The position numbers and the translations under genes were made by a program. 64,000 nucleotides of DNA, from positions 15,081,480 to 15,145,479 of the forward strand of contig CM121342.1 in assembly GCA_051530055.1 (NCBI GenBank), in the 5' to 3' direction. The notes beneath the pieces are model-generated. The model was not told where the DNA came from. It did not search any database and saw only the letters and a program-made list of their open reading frames with translations. Shown here piece by piece: positions 1 through 11,704 of this stretch (the stretch's first letter is position 1; each line of letters opens with the position of its first letter). This DNA comes from Neoechinorhynchus agilis. Its lineage: Eukaryota; Animalia; Acanthocephala.

Positions 1-256
1 TTCGTCAGCTGAGTTTTGGACTCGTGCCTCGAATCCCTGTATCCGGGCCAAAGGGTTCGATTCCACGATCGGCAATGACGACCAACCAAAGGGGACGAAA
101 TACCTCGTTGAAGGGAAGAGGAAACTCATTGATGAGTCCCGCCTCCTGGAGGTATCTGAGGATCCGGAGAGATGTACGAACTCTTAACGTTTCATTAGAG
201 TTTAAGTGGTCATATCACTGCCCTGATGTAAAACAAAATTTCTCCGACCGCGGAAA

Positions 257-1198
257 GTGCCAATTCGCATAAGAAATAAATTTTACAAGCTTATCGGCTC
301 AGAGTACAAGATCGCTATCTCGTCCGTTGTTACGCCTTCGAGCCAAGAGAAAACAACCCACTTACCGGAAGATTGCGTAGTTGCGGAGGACTATGAATTG
401 CTATTCAAAGGACCACCATCGTTCCCACCGGCGAGAGGTTTAACGAAAGATGGCAGGTTGAAACTTCAAGTAGATGGGAGTATCAAATGTGCACTAGAAC
501 GCAAAGGGAGGACAAGGTTATAGGGCAAGATTACAATCTAGATCGAGAGAGAGACCGCGACGAGGAAGAGAGATCGACTTATTTGTGGAGACAGAGATGT
601 CGTTTGAGTTTCGAGAAGGTGGCAGTGGCCCTACAAAGAGGAGATGATGATAACCCAGAAAGGCGATGATTATAAATGCTCCTGGAAGTGATAAGTATTC
701 GTCATGCAACACGAAGCATCGTACCGAATTTCCCACTTTGTGAATGTAGATCGAAGAATCGATTTAAAATTGGTAGTATAGGGTGATGGTTAGTGATTTC
801 AATGGAATGATGGGGACATTATTAGGAAATAGGACCACTTATAAGTTGTCAGAGAAGGATGATAGAGAGGAACGCTGTAAGGAAATGAATTTCGTCTTTC
901 CCAAAATGTGATTGCTAGACGCCAATTAAGAGGGCTAAGTGCCTACATCCGAAGACCATTGCGTACACCAGTTATGTATCCAATGATTAAAACGGATAAG
1001 ATGCTCACGGGCTTTATACACAAACGTCGACGGGGTTTTGAGATAATGGATATCATATGGTTCATACGCTTAATCCTCAACTGCAATCTTTTCAGATATA
1101 GGAACAGGCTCTATCGGCAAGTTGGAGGGATGACAACGGGGGACAGCAGAATTGCTCCTGTGTTGGCGATTTTACTCTTGGACGATCTGGAGAGGTAA
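257..1198 (+). mobile_element. Penelope-like element RT remnant (degraded)
   Basis: ORF fragments ELLFKGPPSFPP, TPVMYPMIKTDK and NLFRYRNRLYRQVGGMTTGDSRIAPVLAILLLDDLE resemble PLE RT motifs (LxKGPxF, P-x-Y-x-x-x-K-x-H-K, F...Y.Q..G..MG...P.LA.L.M..LE). Many stops and frameshifts. Confidence 0.65.
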
Positions 1199-1425
1199 CA
1201 CATTTTTCGACATATTACTGAAAAAACGGGTCAATTTTGAACAAGGATTCACCTGTTTGGATACTTTTAATAGATGTCTTTAACTGTTCTAGTATGTTGG
1301 GTGCTTGTTTAGTAGCAAGATGACTATTAGAGACAAAGACTTTCGTTCTTTTTTGTGGAAAACTATATAGGACTTGTTCACCGTCAAATAATATCATTCT
1401 TTGCCTTTCTTCAAACCATGCTCTC

Positions 1426-1543
1426 TGATGCCGGCATGCTTATACTAACTCCATGTTTTTTTAAGCGTCAAACCACAATGTTCAAACGTACATGCACTGC
1501 ACACTATCGATCGCACTATGCGTATCGCTGACGTCCTACCGCA
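1426..1543 (-). repeat. 3' LTR (118 bp)
   Basis: Matches 9804-9923 with about 6 substitutions and 2 nt of indel. Minus strand starts TG and ends CA, and follows a purine tract. Confidence 0.92.
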
Positions 1544-1557
1544 TCTCCTTCCCCTTT
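1544..1557 (-). promoter_or_regulatory. Polypurine tract of the Gypsy element
   Basis: AAAGGGGAAGGAGA lies immediately 5' of the 3' LTR on the minus strand. Confidence 0.8.
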
Positions 1558-1560
1558 GGC

Positions 1561-2068
1561 AACGGAGTTCATCTGGCAACTCCGTTCGCAGCTGTTCAGG
1601 ACTCTAATTGAGAGCATTCTCTACTACAATGCAGAGACCTGGACACTGTCACCAACGGCGACGAGGCAGTTGGACCAAAATCATTCATCTCTCTTACGTG
1701 CGGCGTTCAAGGTCAGATGGTAAGATAAAGTGACCAACAAAGCACTGTATAAGAGAGCCGGAGTCCAACCGCCCAGTGAATATTTGCGCCGCAGACGACT
1801 GCAGTTCAGGGGCAATATAATTCGGTCCGAGGCATCTTGCCCACAGGTCGTGCAACAGTTCCTTTTCTGGGAGCCAACGACATTGTATCGTAAAGGCAAA
1901 GGGAACTGTCGTACATGCGATGACCTGATTTTAAGAGACGCGAATTGCCCGCATAACAGGACTGCTGTCGTATGTTTTAGATCCACTGCGGAGTCTAATT
2001 CTATTTAACGGGCTTATACCTACGGTGCAACGTAGGAAAGTACCGTTGAATACAACACAATACAATCA
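1561..2068 (+). mobile_element. 5'-truncated RTE-like LINE 3' fragment inserted between Gypsy pol and PPT
   Basis: Near-identical to 46961-47450 (reverse). Encodes LIESILYYNAETWTL and ends in an (AATAC)-type tail. Confidence 0.88.
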
Positions 2069-2069
2069 A

Positions 2070-4210
2070 TGCTGGTAGGTCTGATGGTTTGTCTACGTAT
2101 TCGTGTCCCGCGTTTCAATTCCGTTGGTTCCGATTCGTTTTGTTCCTCTCTTATAATCCTTGGTTCTTCTTTGACCCTGGATTCATCGATTTCTCGAGTC
2201 TTGTCGCACTTATCTGATTCTTGCTCCTCCTTGCTCATTGATATTTCTCGTTTTCGGATATAGTCACCATGACATCGTCGCTCTCCTCCGTGGTCTCCGG
2301 TTATTGTATAAGACACGGGGCTATTCATTTTCTTTATCCTTCCCATTATCCAATTATCTTCTTTATTTCGCTTGTACCATATCGGTTCACTTTCTCCGAA
2401 AACCCGCATTCTTTTATTCTCCCACGAATCTTGTTCTTGTTTCCTGTATTCATAGTCGTCTACCTGTCATCATTTTCGCTGGTTCAACCCCAGTCGACAC
2501 ATGAGGTGTATTTCGATATGTCTGCAAAAACTACAGTACAGTGCTCCAATTTGTTTTCAAACCTTCGGTTCTTCTTTTTAATGTTCCAATGAACCTTTCG
2601 GCCAATCCGTTTGTGCGAGGATGGTAGGGACTCGATCTTATGTGCTTGATGTGATGTTTTCTGTAGTCCATCTTCCACGCCTCTGGCCATTTTGTGCAAA
2701 GTGTTTCCTCGAACCGGCCCAGCTAAGTCCATATGCAATCGATGCCACCGCTTACCAGGCCAGTCCCACATTATTAAAGGTAATTCTTGATTATTTTGTC
2801 GACCTCGCTGGCACGCGTCGCAAAGACTTTTCTTTTAACATCACCGTCTATATTTGGCCAGTATACATAATGTCTTCCCAACGCTACCATTGCGTCTCGA
2901 CCTGGATGACCTTCGTGAAGTATATTCAGGACGTTTTTTCTTAACTTTGCCGGTATGACCATTCGGTCGAGTAACATTAGGATACCTTCAGAATCGCTTA
3001 GCTCCTCTCTTCTCCTGAACATGGTTGCATTTTCAGATTTCACTAATTTAGGCCAGCCGTATCGAATATATCGTCTGATCCGCTTTAACTGCTGGTCTTT
3101 GCTCGTTTCCTCTCGAATTACTGTTTCGGATAACTCGATTCTATCGATCTTTATTTCCTTTATCATATCTATTTCAGGATCGCTCCTCGCTAATTTTTCG
3201 GCACCATCTTTTGCGGCCAGTCTCGATAAACAATCGATAATCACATTATTCACCCCTTTGATTGCTTGAATCGTATAATCATACTGACTCAATATCGTAG
3301 CCCATCGTACTATCCTCTGAGTCGTTATCTTAGATAACTCTCATTTGTTACCAAAAATGTATTCAAGTAGTTTGTGATAGGTTTCCAAAAGGAATTGTGT
3401 ACCGAATAGATACATGTGAAACCTTTTTAGTGCGAAACTAACGGCTAGTACCTCTTTATCTATTGTCGCATAGTTTTTCCCAGCTTTGCTCAAAACTCTC
3501 GAAGCATAACAAACAGGTCATCGTGTCCCTTTCTCATCTTTCTGCATCAGAACAGCACCAAGTCCTGTTTCACATGCATCGCGGCTTACGATGGTACGTC
3601 TTCGCGAATTGAACGGAACAATATTCTCCGCTTTTGACAATACTTTCTTCGCCAATTCAAATGCCTCCCGCTGCTCAATATCCCATCTATATCTTATACC
3701 CTTTCGAGTCAAAGTATGCAGCGGCGCACATATGGAGTGCAAGTTAGGGATGTATCTTTCCTGAAAATTAATCATTCCTAGAAAGCTTTTGCAATCCTTT
3801 ACATTTCGTGGAGGTGGATCGTTCACCGAATCAATAACTTTTTCTCTCGTCGGTTGAATTTTTCCGCCTTCAATACGATGTCCCAAATATTCAACACTAG
3901 TTTGCCAAATCTTACATTTCTTTGCCTTGATTCGCATCCCGACTGCCTTCAGTCGTTCCATTACGCAATGCAATTTTTTTAAATGCTCCTGATCATTCTT
4001 TCCAGTGATAATTATATCGTCGATATAAGCCGCCACATTGGGAATATTCTTTATAACCCCATCCATAAATCTCTGGAAAAGCTTTGGAGCATTCTTAATG
4101 CCGAATGGCATTCTAGTATATCTGTAGAGTCCATAGGGTGTTGCTACCGTGAGTAAGTGTCTTGCTTCGGGTTTTATCTCTAATTGATGATAAGCTTCCG
4201 ACAAATCTAA
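2070..4210 (-). pseudogene. Gypsy pol 3' part (RT, RNase H, integrase)
   Basis: LDLSEAYHQL, RMPFGIKNAP, YIDDII, DACETGLGAVL, HEGHPG, WHRLHMDLAGP. Frameshifts present and part of the integrase core is deleted. Confidence 0.92.
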
Positions 4211-7200
4211 ATAAACACGTTTTATTGAATAAGAAAAACGATCCATACACTTGCCAGCATCTATCTTTGCTGAAGTTGTCTGGATGTCGGATGTTGAGGC
4301 AGGGAGGTGGGATTTGTCTTTGGAGTTTTACAGGGGAATGACAGATTAGGAGTCTTTCCTTGTTCTCCGGTTATTGAGGAAAGATTGGGCTGGGGGATGA
4401 AAAAGGTTGGGGTTACGGGTGTTTACTAGGGACGAGTATTTAGAGATGAGGGAAGAAAATTGTGGAGGGGGTTGAAGAAGACGGAGGGCGTTTTTGGAGA
4501 AAATGGAGTGGAGGTGGGCGTCGAGGGGAGGGAGTGAAGTCCCGCATATTCTTGCTGCTCTCTTGTGGAAGGTTTTAAGGGAATGGAGAGCATTATCGGA
4601 AAGGGTGAGGAAAGTGGGGTAGGCGTATGTAAGGATAGGGAGGATGGCAGAGAGATAAAAGTGGGCAAGGTGTTTAGGGGAAACGCCGAGACGCCGGAGG
4701 AGCTTGAGGAGGTAAAGACGAGGGTTTGTTTTAGAGATTGTAAATGAAATGTGGGCATCCCATTTAGGGTTTTCTTGTAAAATCAGGCCCAGTATTCGGA
4801 GAGAAGGGGAGCGTTGGATGGGGAGAGGGAGAGGTGCGGGGATTAGGCTGCATTTGGTAATGTGGGGGACAAGCTCAAAAGATTTAGATAAATTTAGGGA
4901 GAGGTTTAGAGTGGAGAGCGAGGAAATGAGATGGTTGAGCTCGTCCATGGTAGTGGAGAGGGAGAGAGACGGAGATGCGATGGTAATGACTGTGAGGTCA
5001 CCGGCATAGAGAAAATATTTGGTAGGGGGAGTGAGGGGATGAAGGTCATTTAGAAAATGGTCAAAGAAGAGAGGGGAAAGTACGGCGCCTTGGGGACCCC
5101 TTCAAATATGGGTAGAGAAGAGTAGCAAGAAGTTCCACATAGAATATATTGTTTGCGGTTGGAGTGGAAAGAGGAAATCCAAGCGAGTTGCCAGGTAGGG
5201 AGGCCAAAGGAAGCACATGCTTGGAGGAGAAGGGAGTTATCTACCGACTCAAACGCCCTGGATATATCAAGTTGCACGAGACGGACGGTTGATTCTGGAT
5301 TGGAATCTAAGCTGCGCACAAGCGTATCGTAGATGCAGAGAAGGGCATCAGAGCAAGAGTAATTGGGACGGAAAGCGAATTGGGAAGGGGAGATGTTTTT
5401 GAGGAAGAAGGGAAGTAGGCGGGTTTTAAAACATTTTTTCTAAGATTTTAAAGAAAGGTGAGAGGATATAGATGGGACGATAGGATATGGGGGAAATCCG
5501 TTTATTGTTTTTGGGTAGGGGACGACACGGGCTTCCTTAAGACACGATGGGAAAGAGCCCAATAGAAAGCTAAGGTTCGTTATGTGCATTAGAGGATCGA
5601 TAAGTTCCGGGATGATGAAACGAATGGCCCAATTTGGGATAGTCGAATTAGGGGAAGAATGGCGGGGCAGGCGTTTAAGGATCTCTAGGATTTCGAGAGG
5701 GGAAACTAAGGAAGAGCATGTAATGGGCGGGTCAGAAAGTGCGAAGGGAGGTTGGGACAAAGGCGAGGAAGATTGGGGAGGACAAAGGTTTTCATTCATG
5801 GTGTTGAGGATTGAGAGGAGATCAGATTTGGGGAGAGATGCGAAGGGGGTGGATCTACCAAGACTAGTGACATTTTTTATTTCATGCCACCAGTTTCGAT
5901 TGGGAACGGACGAGAGACGAGATGAGAAAAATAATTTGCGGGCTATACGGATGCGTTTTGTCAGTGTGAAGTGGAGGAAGGGGTAAGCAGGATTACCTGA
6001 CCGGAAAGCTTTGGTGACCTGGATTTGAAGGGTTTTTAGAAAAGGCGAGAACCATGGAGAGTCGCGGTTCGATATTCGTATTGTTTTGCGAGGAAAGGAG
6101 GCCTTCATCGCAGATTCTATTAGATTTAACAAATAGCCCATTGGAATCGAGGGGTCGGTGCCAAAGATGGTAGAGCGGTTTTGCGTGATAAGAGAATTGA
6201 CACATGCAGCAAAGGATTGGGTATGATGATCACGCTTATCCCAGACAACGTAAGGGTCGGAATAGGAACGTTTTTGAGGTGATGCAGAGGAGAGAAGGAT
6301 GGAACAATGGTCAGACGAGGCGATTGGGGGAAATTTGGTAGTGCACGAGTATTGCCTGATGTTTGAGAAAATTTTATCAAGGCGGGAGGAGAAGCGTGTG
6401 GGGAAAGTAACGAGTTGGGAGAGATGAGAGGGCGAGGACGGGATCGGCAGTTTGTTAAAATCGCCCAATATGATGAAGTGATCTGAGGAAGTAGAAAGTA
6501 GGTCAGTAAATAGGTGGTCTATTTGTTGAAGTGTGTTGGGGATGTTTGAGGAAGGAGGGTGATAAAGGCCAGCGATAGAGATCTCACGTTGGCCATTGCG
6601 GAGGGGGAGATGAAGTTGGATGTGAAGCCATTCAAGATCGTCGGAGATGAAAAAGTAGGGTGAAGAGCAATGGTAAGGAAGAGAGGCGCGGATGAAGATC
6701 GATATGCCTCCCCCGTTTCGGAAGTCCCTTGTGAGGTGAAAAGCTTGAAAGTTTGGAAGGAAGGCAGATAATTTGCTATGGGGTGAGAACCATGTTTCCG
6801 TAATTACAAGGATGTCGGCGTTGCAAGAAGAGGCCACTATATGGAGCTCATCCAGTTTGGGGAGGAGGCTGCGGATGTTAGAATAAAAGATTATTGGAAA
6901 GGGATGTTTAAAAGGGACACGAGGGATGGACACTGACGGAGAGGGTCGAAGCTGCGTAGAGAGAGAAGGGATGGGAGTTGACCGATGGGGTAGTTCGGGG
7001 GTAAGGGATTCGTGGATGGACACTGTAGTGAGGAGTGATTTGAGTGTAGGGACCATAAGGGGGGAACTGCGTATGCAGGATGAAGTCGGGGGGGGCAAGA
7101 GGATATTGGGAGTTGAAGAGGTGGTGGTAAGAGGTGAGGTAGTGTGCGCGTCCAAGGTATTTTTCGCTTCTGAGCGGCGAAGCGAAAATTCCCAGATTTG

Positions 7201-7450
7201 GTAGGGTGCGGATTAGTGGTTTTATGCAGATGAGAGATGAGTGGAGGCAGGGATGAGAGGGGTTTAGGAGGAGTTAGTTTACGAGGCGAGGGATGCTTAA
7301 TATAGTCATTGAAGGATGGTAGGGCTGGGTGCTTTTTACTGGAAAATCGAGGTACAGTAGCGAAAGTGGAAGGTTTTGATGGGACTAACGTTGAAACGTA
7401 ATCGTAGAAGGATGGAAGGGGTTTATGGTTTTTTCTAGCAGTACGGGGTG

Positions 7451-7942
7451 CTAGAGAGGAGATGGGGGATTTAGATGAGGCCGAGGAGGAGGGGGGTTCG
7501 GCTTTAATGGTGGAGCAGAGTGAGACTTAGAGTGCAGGGACGAGGGAAGAGGGTTATGCGGGATGATATGAACGGAATTAAGGAAGGGAGAAGATTGTTG
7601 AGAAGTCGAATTTGAGTGTGGAGAGGAGTCTTGGAGGGCGCCGACACCTAAGGTTGGGTGGACAGTATTTAAAGAGTGAAGCGAGGGAGAAGAGGAGGTT
7701 TGGGATGGGGAAACTGAAGGTGGAAGAGGGTGGGGATTAGGGGTTTGGGAAGGGGTTTGGGACTGGTTTTTATTGGGAAGCGGGGATCGGAGAACACGGT
7801 TTGAGCTAGGCGGCAATACAGAAACCGCAAATGAATTTACTGCCTGCTGTCCAAGTACTTGAGACAAATATTTGGGTTTAACCTGACAATCGTCCATGCC
7901 ACAGGGGACGAGCTTGGTGGTTGGACGCTTTGGCCTCGGCAT
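7451..7942 (-). CDS. Putative short Pro/Ser-rich ORF1 of the LINE
   Basis: Open frame MPRPKRPTTKLVPCG... upstream of ORF2. Low complexity, no recognised domain. Confidence 0.4.
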   Translation of the reverse strand: MPRPKRPTTKLVPCGMDDCQVKPKYLSQVLGQQAVNSFAVSVLPPSSNRVLRSPLPNKNQSQTPSQTPNPHPLPPSVSPSQTSSSPSLHSLNTVHPTLGVGALQDSSPHSNSTSQQSSPFLNSVHIIPHNPLPSSLHSKSHSAPPLKPNPPPPRPHLNPPSPL

Positions 7943-7979
7943 TGATTGCAAGTGTTTGTGACGGACGAAAGAGAAAACG

Positions 7980-8142
7980 TTGTCAAGAGAGAACGTAGAC
8001 GAGAGGGAGAACTTAGAATTGCCGAGAGAGAACCTTTGGGTTGAAGATAGAGAGAACCGTTGAGTTGACGAGAGAGAGAACGATTGAGTTGATGAGAGAG
8101 AACGTTGAACGATTGAGTTCACGAGAGAGAGGACGTTGATTG
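7980..8142 (-). repeat. Imperfect ~24-bp tandem repeats at the LINE 5' end
   Basis: Repeated unit resembling CAACTCAATCGTTCTCTCTCTCGT (SSTQ(S/R)FSL x3 in the ORF track). Confidence 0.8.
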
Positions 8143-9790
8143 AGTTGTAAAATGTTTCACGTCTGCTATTGTGGTCGAAATCTCATCAAATGTTGGTATT
8201 TGGTATACCAAATCCTGCAGATATTTGTTGATTGTCATCCGGCAATCTCCACATATTCTGATTAGTCCGTTCTTCTTCACGACCACGATTGGACTAACCC
8301 ATTCAGGCATACTATCATATTCAACCTTTTCTACCACTCATGGCATCATCAATCGTTCGATTTCCTTCTTGAGCGGTTCCTGGAACGCTAGTGGAACACG
8401 CCTCGCTTGAAATCTGCCCGGTATCACATCTTTACTCAGTTTGAAATCCATCTCGATACCTTTCACTGTCGAATCATTTTTTTCGAACACCTTTGGGTAT
8501 TTCTGCATCATTTGTTCAATCGAAACGTCTAACCCAACTGCTTCGACCTGCTTGATGCATACTTCCTCTGGCAATATTATTTCAAAATGCTTTGCACCAC
8601 GAGAGTCCGAACAAACATTTGCTGCTTTGATATACAATCTGTGCTTTAAGCTTTTTCCGTTTGTTCTTCATGCCCACCATAACATCGCATATTCCCATAC
8701 TGTCGACTTCCCCTCCTCCAAACGACATTAATCTCTTACCTTCTTGAAGGGTCGGTTTTCCGATTGCCTTCCAAACTGTGCGGTTGATCACGCCAACCTC
8801 TGCACCCGTGTCGAATTGAATTTTAATCTTCATCCCATTCAACAACACTTCGATTTCCGCTCTCTTTCCACTTCTATCTGATTGCACCATATCGACCTCG
8901 AATCGCTAGTCTCCATCATCATCAGTTTCGACCACTGAAACTTGCCCCAACCTGTTGCATTTGTAGCATTTCACATCGGTGGCAGGACATCTTCTATCGA
9001 CATGCTTATACCCACATTTTCGACACTTTGAACCATCATCTTCGTTTCTTGAGAATCTCCGACGCTGCTTAAATCCTCTTCTGAATGCTCTCATTTAATT
9101 TATAAACTTCTCCGACGATTTCACCTTTATTCGCAGAAAGCAATTTCTGCGCCTGTTCATTCGCCTCCATCATTTCCGCAATCTCCAGCAATTTCGATAA
9201 ATCCATATTCGGCATCTGCAGCAGTTCGGTGTCCAGCATTCGGGGTGTTCAATATCACGAGATCTTCTATTCTATCGTCTAAGGCCGTTCTTTCATCGAC
9301 GGTCTTCTCAGAAAAAAACTTGCAACCCCTGGCTGCTCCCCTTAACTCTGTTACCCATTCCGCGTGTGATTGATTGTCCTGCTTAGGCATCGAATTAAAC
9401 TCATATCGTGCCATAATTTCTGGTTTCTCATTTTCATAATGCTTGGCCAGTAGCTGGACAATCTCTTTGAAAGACAATGTTTCCATATCCTGAGGTGCTG
9501 TTAGTTTCTTTAGATTTTTAAAGGCTTTCGCACCCATCCATGCTAATATGCTCGATTTTTTACTTTTTTTTCCTCATAGACCCAATTGGATTTTAGATAT
9601 TTTTCTACTTGTTCGACGTATTCATGCCACTCTCGGCTTTCTTTATTATAGCCATGGAACACTGGGATGGATCTTACCTCGATGCTCTTTTTCTCGTTGA
9701 CCATCAATTTTAACAGTTGCGTCATCACTTCCCCCTGCTGCTTCTGTTGAGCCATCATCACTTTCATCAGGTCCTTGAGCTCCATCCCAC
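8143..9790 (-). pseudogene. Gypsy gag, protease and RT N-terminus
   Basis: ARYEFN...ELRGAARGCKF gag motif; CRKCGYKH and CYKCNRLG knuckles; FDTGAEV; WVSPIVVVKK and IRICGD. Frameshifted. Confidence 0.92.
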
Positions 9791-9801
9791 CCTCGTCGCC
9801 A
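9791..9801 (-). promoter_or_regulatory. Primer binding site
   Basis: TGGCGACGAGG begins 2 nt after the 5' LTR terminal CA. Confidence 0.88.
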
Positions 9802-9803
9802 CT

Positions 9804-9923
9804 TGATGCCGGCATGCTTCTACTAACTCTATATTTTATTCTAAGTGTCAAACCACAATGTTCAAACGTACATGCACTGCACACTATCGATCGTACTATG
9901 CGTATCGCTGACGTCCTACCACA
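9804..9923 (-). repeat. 5' LTR (120 bp)
   Basis: TGTGG...ATCA, paired with 1426-1543. Confidence 0.92.
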
Positions 9924-10089
9924 CTCTCGTTCGTCCAAACAAACAGTTCCGCACGGATGGATACTTTTCACTGGATGTGCAAATAAAATAATAGGAAACT
10001 ATGCGATGGAAAATTCTTACAATAAAGTCTGAAGCAATCAAGATTCTAAGGGTGTATAAATCAAAAGCGATCACAACTGGAACGTACAG

Positions 10090-10600
10090 AAATCTGCTAG
10101 TGAAGCTGCTTCGAATGAGAATACGGTTTTGCTAGATTCCATCACTATGCTAAACTCAAACGATGATTCGTTGGAAACGAGTGGTGTTTTTAAAATATTG
10201 CGAATACTTCGACAATTATTAGGGACTTGGCAGCACCTTTAGAGGATATTCAGCCTGGAGTAATTTATGATTCTACAATTACTGTGGACGAATGTGATAT
10301 TAGGGCTTCGATAAAACATAGCGATAGGAAACGCGTGAACGATTCACCTTCAGAAACTTCTAAGAAAGCTACGGTTGAACAAAAGGTTGAAGAAACATCT
10401 GAACGAGTAGGAAGAAGAGCAAAAGGAGGAACAAATAACTATAAGGATATAAGGTTGACACCAACACCATCACAATCAATCAAACCTACGATTCACTTCT
10501 GTATTGATACGCCTTCTCCCCCCCAAGCCCTTCATTCTTTGCCGATCTGAACTCGATGCATATTGTTATACACTCCTCCTTCAAGGATATAAATCGCATT
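10090..10600 (+). repeat. Dispersed repeat, probable 5' part of a degraded LINE
   Basis: Clear similarity to 28930-29200 and 29460-29700 (e.g. gattcgttggaaacgagtggtg, aaataactataaggatat). Confidence 0.6.
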
Positions 10601-10912
10601 ATTTTGATTACTGCTATGCCGGCTGCCCCTAAATATAGAATTACGTAGATTTTGATTTCAGCTCAGTTTGGCGAGTATTTTTTGATTATCGCTTTTTGTG
10701 ACTGATGACGAATGTTATAATCTTACTTTTCTCCTTTAATAAATGGAATTTAATTTGAAATTACAAGAAAATCCAAGATTCCTATCAATCAATAAAGAAA
10801 ACTTTATCGTCAGTATCTGGGAATTTTTTTGATCAGCGACAGCGTTGCATGCCTTAAAGTATGCAAAAATGTTGCCCGATAGTTCAATTTTTCATATTAA
10901 TCGTTTCACGAA

Positions 10913-11704
10913 ATGAGTATTTATCTTCGTAAACGGATGGAGTCTGACCTATTCGATCTTAATAAAGATACAGGAGTTCTTCGTTCTAAACAACCATTGG
11001 ATCGTAAGAACGCAGATAATCACCAATTGGACATCATGATAAGTAACGCGAACTTTTCAAGGATAGAGCAGGCAAAGGTACACATCAAGGTGATGGACAT
11101 AAACGACAATGCCCTAAAGTTTATTCGACCATCGCCAAATGAGACCATAAAGATTTATTTCTCCACTGGCTTTGTATGTGACATTCAAGTCTACGACGGT
11201 GAACTTGGTCAAAATGCTCTAGTCCATGTTAAACTCGATCCTCATCCTTACTTTGAACTGCGACAAAATTGTCTGTACTCAATTCGAGCTCCTGAAGGCG
11301 TTCATTCGATTCGATTAGTCGCTGGAGACATGGGAATTCCACCACGACAAACCAGCATTAATGTATTTTGTGAAATAGACTTATCTGAAGGAACTATTGG
11401 ATACAGAAAAAGATCGTTTTCTTCGTATAACACATTCAAGACTTATGTCGCATGTATACTACTGACACTCATTGTAATTATATTAATGAGTATAACATCA
11501 GTTGGATGCATTAGGCATATGAATCCAGTCATGTTCGTACGAATGTGCACATCGAAGACTTATAAGACTCAAAATAGCGTGAGTTTTTCATCGGTTAGAA
11601 ATAATAGAATGCATTTTGTTTAGATGTCACCAATGATCAGTCCTGGCGAAAGTAACTCCGATAAAAATTCAATCACAACACTTCAGAAGTATTCCGTTGT
11701 ATAA
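10913..11704 (+). CDS. Cadherin-domain (protocadherin-like) single-pass membrane protein, possibly 5'-incomplete
   Basis: LDRK, DINDN, DGELGQN and AGDMGIPP cadherin motifs plus a TM segment. A 30-nt GT-AG intron at 11594-11623 gives a last exon ending KYSVV* (PDZ-ligand-like). Confidence 0.8.

Larger units (their letters stand above)
4211..8142 (-). mobile_element. Near full-length L2/CR1-like LINE inserted into the Gypsy RT
   Basis: APE motifs SNIRSL, ITETW, GDFN, SSDH (5440-7155). RT motifs LDISRAF, YAGD, KWDAHI. AATAAA near the 3' end. Removing it restores Gypsy KHFTT-LDLSEAYHQ. Confidence 0.9.
1426..9923 (-). mobile_element. Complete but decayed Ty3/Gypsy (Mag-like) LTR retrotransposon with two nested LINE insertions
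   Basis: TG...CA LTRs at 9804-9923 and 1426-1543; 5-bp TSD CTCTC at 1421-1425 and 9924-9928; PBS; PPT; gag with two Cys knuckles; protease FDTGA; RT; RNase H; integrase. Confidence 0.93.

Noticed and set aside
5582-5986. Antisense ORFs over the LINE and similar shadow ORFs across the window
   Set aside because: Explained by strand composition bias opposite real coding sequence.
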